Positions 59,340 to 64,000 of a stretch of 64,000 nucleotides of DNA are shown here, piece after piece. Each line of letters starts with the position of its first letter. Position 1 is the first letter of the stretch. The stretch is from Balanoglossus misakiensis (lineage: Eukaryota; Animalia; Hemichordata). The notes beneath the pieces are model-generated. The model saw only the letters and a list, made by a program, of their open reading frames with translations. It was not told the origin of the DNA and searched no databases. The stretch lies in assembly GCA_040954595.2 (NCBI GenBank), contig CM082597.2:9207778-9271777 (forward strand), in the 5' to 3' direction. Made by a program: the position numbers and the translations under genes.

Positions 59340-62300
59340 CCAACGAAAGTTTTCTCGGTCTTAAACTAAAGGCAGATAATTGTAAAATTACCCGACAGAG
59401 GGCGTTCTTCCGTATCGCGGCTGAGCGTAGGGCTGTAGCTCAGACCGTATGGGCTTGGATTGTATGAAGCCAAATAATTCACTTTTAACTCGGGTACATA
59501 CATCCAGCCTGCCTAGGTTATTTGCTGAATTATTTCTGTTGATAAACGAAATAGAATGACACTCCCAGTGCACTGAGATCTATTGAGAATGCATTCTGTA
59601 CAATAACATCCCAGGTTGCCTTGGTAACGGACTATTAGGCCGATGGCGAAACAGACTGCTTTATCTAGTGAATTATTCGAAGAATTTTTTGGCAAATGAT
59701 AAATAAATGATGTACAGATAAACAAATTGTTTCGTTGAAGAAAATCGTAAACAACCCTTTGAATACTAGTAAATACAATACAGGGTATGTGTTATTTGAG
59801 ACTGCAGATTATTGCATATGTACTACAGTATTCTAAGCGGTCCGTGCAATAATAATTCTGGTATTTTTGCGAGCTCATATGCAAATGAGCATCCAGAAGA
59901 AATAAGATCCCCCATTTCCCCTTCAATCGATCGTATCTTTCAAAGTTTAACCCTCGTTCTGTTAGACAATCACTTGGAGTTCATATAAACCTCCGGAGGA
60001 TATAACAAAAGTTTTATTTCAGTCGCAAAAAAGCCGATTGTTGTTTTAGTTGTGCGCGTGACAAAGTGGTATTTTTCACAACCCATATGCAAATGAGTAA
60101 AAACAAGCCGGACTACGTTTTGTTTGTAAACATTGAACGCGGTCGGCAGAGCTGGAGTATGATCGCCGAAACGTGGGGAATTTTCAACATTCGGAGACGT
60201 CATTGTCTTATCCTTCCCAAATTTTGTCAGAATAACAAAACATTAACTGGCAGTATGTTTAGGAACCTCGGAATATCCCTCGCTATCGCCAGTTTCTCAA
60301 ATATTGCCGATGCTATCTTGCGACCTGAGCTAAACCCCTGATGAAATGAGCCAACATGATCGCCGAAACATGCGGATTTTTCAACATTCTGGCACGTTGT
60401 TTTATTATCCTTCCCAACTATCGTCAGAATAACAGAACATTTAGTTGTCAGTGTGTTTTGGAACCTCGAAAATTACGAAAATCTCTCGCTATCGCCAGTG
60501 TTTCAAAATTTATAGCTGCGTTCTCACGACCTCAGGTAACCCACTGTTGGAATGACCCCACATGACCCTTCTTTGCATAACAAAGGTTGCGTCAGGTTGC
60601 TATCGCTCGTAAAAAATACTCGGAAGAATACACCTTCTCACTCATGAAAATAAAATCCATATTGCACAGATCGCGCGCAGAGGTCATGAAGTTCTGTCAT
60701 AATAGTGAATGCGATGAAAAAAAATCTAACACTTATTTCAAGTATAGGACTAATGTCATGAATGTATTCGGATTATCCAACATTTCATTTTTTTCTTTTG
60801 CTTTCATGCATCCGTACCTTATTTTGAACACCGTCTCTTGGTCTATGATTTAAACAATGAGTAACGCAATAGTATAAGGTAAGCGAAAACACACACACAC
60901 ACACACACAAAATACAATATCATTTTGTCCGCTGCGTTTATAGTTTTTTACACAAGCATTGTGGAATTAGTGTGTCTCACCTTGCAGATATTCGTTCACA
61001 CTTGGAGAAATGTCACTTTCGTCTTCTTTTACTTACGTCGCGGCCTTGTCGTCTGCTGGCGATCTGGGCATGCCCAATTGCTAGAGAATCGACACTTGTA
61101 GGTCCACGAGCGCAAATTCAAATGCAGATACCCAGCGCGCGGACCGTGGACTTTACCATTCTCTGGTGACGATGGGTAGCATTATGGTTAGCGGTAGGAT
61201 TAAAGTCATGATTGTAGTTAAAATGACTAGTGATTTAGTTTCGTATATTAAGTCAAATTTCGGTTTTAAAACAAAGTCGTTTTATTTAAAGTCATAACCC
61301 TGAAGCTAACGCTAACCCTAATGCTAACATCGCCATCAGGAAATGGTACAGTCCCAGGTCCTCTCGCGTGGCACCAGTTGAATATGTTCGTCCGGAGGCC
61401 TGGAAGGCATATTGACTCGATATTTTTGTGTGTGTGATACGCCAGCCATTCCCTATTTCGATGTATATGCCCCCTGTGATATATATATAGGAGATATGTG
61501 CGGTAGAAGAACCACCGGACTCTCAAACATGGAGGATCGGGAGAATATTCTCATTAGGATAGAAAGCGTGATTGTGTTCTTGCTGGGACCGAAGCTTGTG
61601 ACAGCTGTAGTGTGTATTTTCAATATTTTCCATAATTCTCTGCCCGAGTCAAACAGGAGCATACTGTGACATGAAAACTAAGACTTAAAGTAGGATTTAT
61701 TCCATTGATTGTTGGGGAGACTGGAGAAAGGATTGGTTCTGAATTCAATCGAAAAGTAAGGCCGTAATTTCAACGTACAAATGCATCCGAAATGACCGGA
61801 CAAGATTGTAAACAGCTCAGGATCATCATGCATATATCCCTTCATGGGAGATTGGTTATAGATATTTACCATTGAAATTCCTAAATAATATTATGTGCCA
61901 GCCCTGTTAATTTGCGAAGTTGTCTTGGCATAATAACTAGGCAGAGGGTGTCACGTGTGATGCACTGTGATACCGCCATCTTTGTGACTCGCGCACCGCC
62001 GTCTTTGGACTTTAGTACTGTACCATGGAAAACTTCAGGTGCTGATCGAGGGTTGCTGCACAAGTTATTGAAACAAATCAGTGATTAAACTTGGTTTACT
62101 GTGACACAATCTATGGTTTTAGTATGGAAAAGTTCAGCGGCTAAACCAGGGTTACTGCACAAGCTTTTGTTTTATTATGGTCTAAATAATTCAGTGACTA
62201 AACCAGTCACATACTAATACACAAGCTATGATTAAAATGGCGAGGCTTGTAAACTGAAAACATATGGCCATTGTACCACCTCGTGTCCGTTTTTATCATT

Positions 62301-62480
62301 GATGTTAAACTCTGGAATAAACTTCTGTAGTGACATTTTCCAGAATAATTTGTAAAACTATGCAAATCTGGCAGGCTACATTGCCTGGTGTTCTGCACAT
62401 GCGCAGTTCCTCTGTCTCGAAAGAAAAGTCTAACAGAAATAACATATAAATCATGTGTATTCGGGACAATAAAGCCCAAA
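59340..62480 (-). pseudogene. Decayed, unidentified coding-like block (possibly viral remnants)
   Basis: ORFs 61872-61678 and 61662-61453 are in the same frame across one stop; further pieces at 62479-62207, 62063-61881, 60203-59970 and 59725-59513; CpG-rich; no TE motif recognised. Confidence 0.35.
60158..60540. repeat. Diverged ~200-bp tandem duplication
   Basis: atgatcgccgaaac.tg.gga.ttttcaacattc at ~60159 and ~60356; both translate MIAET..FNI...ILP...QNN..SLAIAS. Confidence 0.8.
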
Positions 62481-64000
62481 ATTATTCTTTGTGACCAAAA
62501 ATACCAGTAGTGAGAACATCATATTTATTTATTTTTGACCTTAGGTACATATTTGGCGAAATTTTCAGAGTAATCTACAGCTACTTATTAATAGAATAAT
62601 TTTGGATGAATGCATATTTTCAGCCCCAGTAAGATTTTTGGGGTTTCATTGACTAGAATTTTATACCGATCGAGGCCATTAGCAATCCCGACTGTGACAA
62701 CGACTTTGGAGTCGATCTCAAGAGTGGATGGTCGCGCGCGATCACGGGACCCAGCCAGCTGCATCGAGCTATGGACCCGATGTACCGCGCACGGTCAGTC
62801 GAACGCGCGCGACCTTGTTATCGACAGTTTAGCGGGTCACTTTGTTGACCCTCTCCTCCCATGTGTTTGATTTCCGCTGAAAAAGAAAATTACTCACGCC
62901 AAAATGCGTGTATCACAGCGAACAATAGCAATGGTCGCGACCTTTTTGTTCTGGTTGCCGCCTGAGAGTGCCAGTCGCGCGCGACCGGCGCCGACCACCG
63001 TGGGCAGAACCCTGCCCAGTATGGTTGCCATAGAAACCTGTCATTGAAATGGAAATCATATCAGTTCATTTTGACCAAAATACCCTTAGTAGTGAAATGT
63101 TCATTTCAGTCTAAGCTACTTCTGTTGGAAATGAAAAATAAAACACTTTCAGTCCCAAAATGGTTGCCATAGAAACACTTGTCATCAAAACGGACATCAT
63201 TTTTGACCTCTTTGTGCCAAGATTCCCCTTTGGTGAAAATTTCGTCGAAATCGGACCTGTCATTATTAAAATTCTTATTTTTAAATAATTCGTTATTTAA
63301 TTATAAATGTCGGTAACTTCACTTCAAATATTTAAATCCATGGTTACATTGACATTGACAGTGTGTTAAAATATACCAGCATATAACAGTAACATCACTC
63401 AGTTGAAATGTGAGCTTGTCGGTTTCTTGTAAATGGAAGTACCCGCTTGGTCATGTGACGTTCACGGCTTCGTGATAAATCTAAAGATGAGTATAATATA
63501 AATGAGCAAGTAACCAGTTGTCAAATATCATGACACTATTACAGAGTGCAAATTGACCAGAATAGATTTGCGATATTACAGCAAACACATTTAGTTTTAA
63601 AATACACCTGAAATGTTTACTTTAATGTTTACATTTGATGAGTGTGACCGTTAGTAAAGTACAAGAAAGTGGCATCACCATTTTACAATACTCGGTCCAG
63701 GAACAAGACTTTGCTCGACATGAGTTTCTGAGCGATTTCTGAGTCATTCAAGAAAGACTCATAAATACAAAGGCGTCACTGGACAACAGAAAACGTCATT
63801 CGCACAGGAACTTAAATAAAACATCAGTTTAAACAAAGGAAAAAAAAACGAGCAGGTGAGCTTCGAGCCAACACTTCAATCTCATTTCTGTCAAAGTTAC
63901 ACTTTTGCTGAAATAATCTTTAAACTATAGGGAGATTTGTCTTTGGATGTCCTGTACGTATTTTCTGCACTGGAAGTCATTGCTTAACATTTTGAATCTT

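Overview
Repeat-rich eukaryotic DNA, apparently animal; an invertebrate host is my inference from the TE repertoire and is not proven. Most of the window is nested transposons: a 3'-truncated LINE RT, a full-length but decayed Ty3/Gypsy element (16641-26686, 1128-bp LTRs, CACA TSD) carrying a TTAA MITE, an intact-ORF L2/CR1-type LINE, two L1/Tx1 3' fragments, PIF/Harbinger-type MITEs, hairpin-ended elements, a pogo/Tigger element and spliced Ginger/GIN-like integrase exons. The main finding is a compact virus-like gene block at about 42.7-51.7 kb. It holds a herpesvirus-type DNA-packaging terminase large subunit on the minus strand, with Walker B, coupling motif, Cys/His cluster and all three nuclease acidic motifs. 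The terminase is split by spliceosomal introns, and an intact 220-aa gene sits antisense in its last intron. Beside it lie two long orphan genes (512 aa and a predicted spliced 905 aa) with tightly packed TATA and polyA signals. This points to an endogenous Herpesvirales-like element with alloherpesvirus-like terminase architecture. Decayed coding-like blocks at 7-10.7, 41.7-42.6 and 59.3-62.5 kb may be older parts of the same element. All calls were made by eye; no database searches were run.
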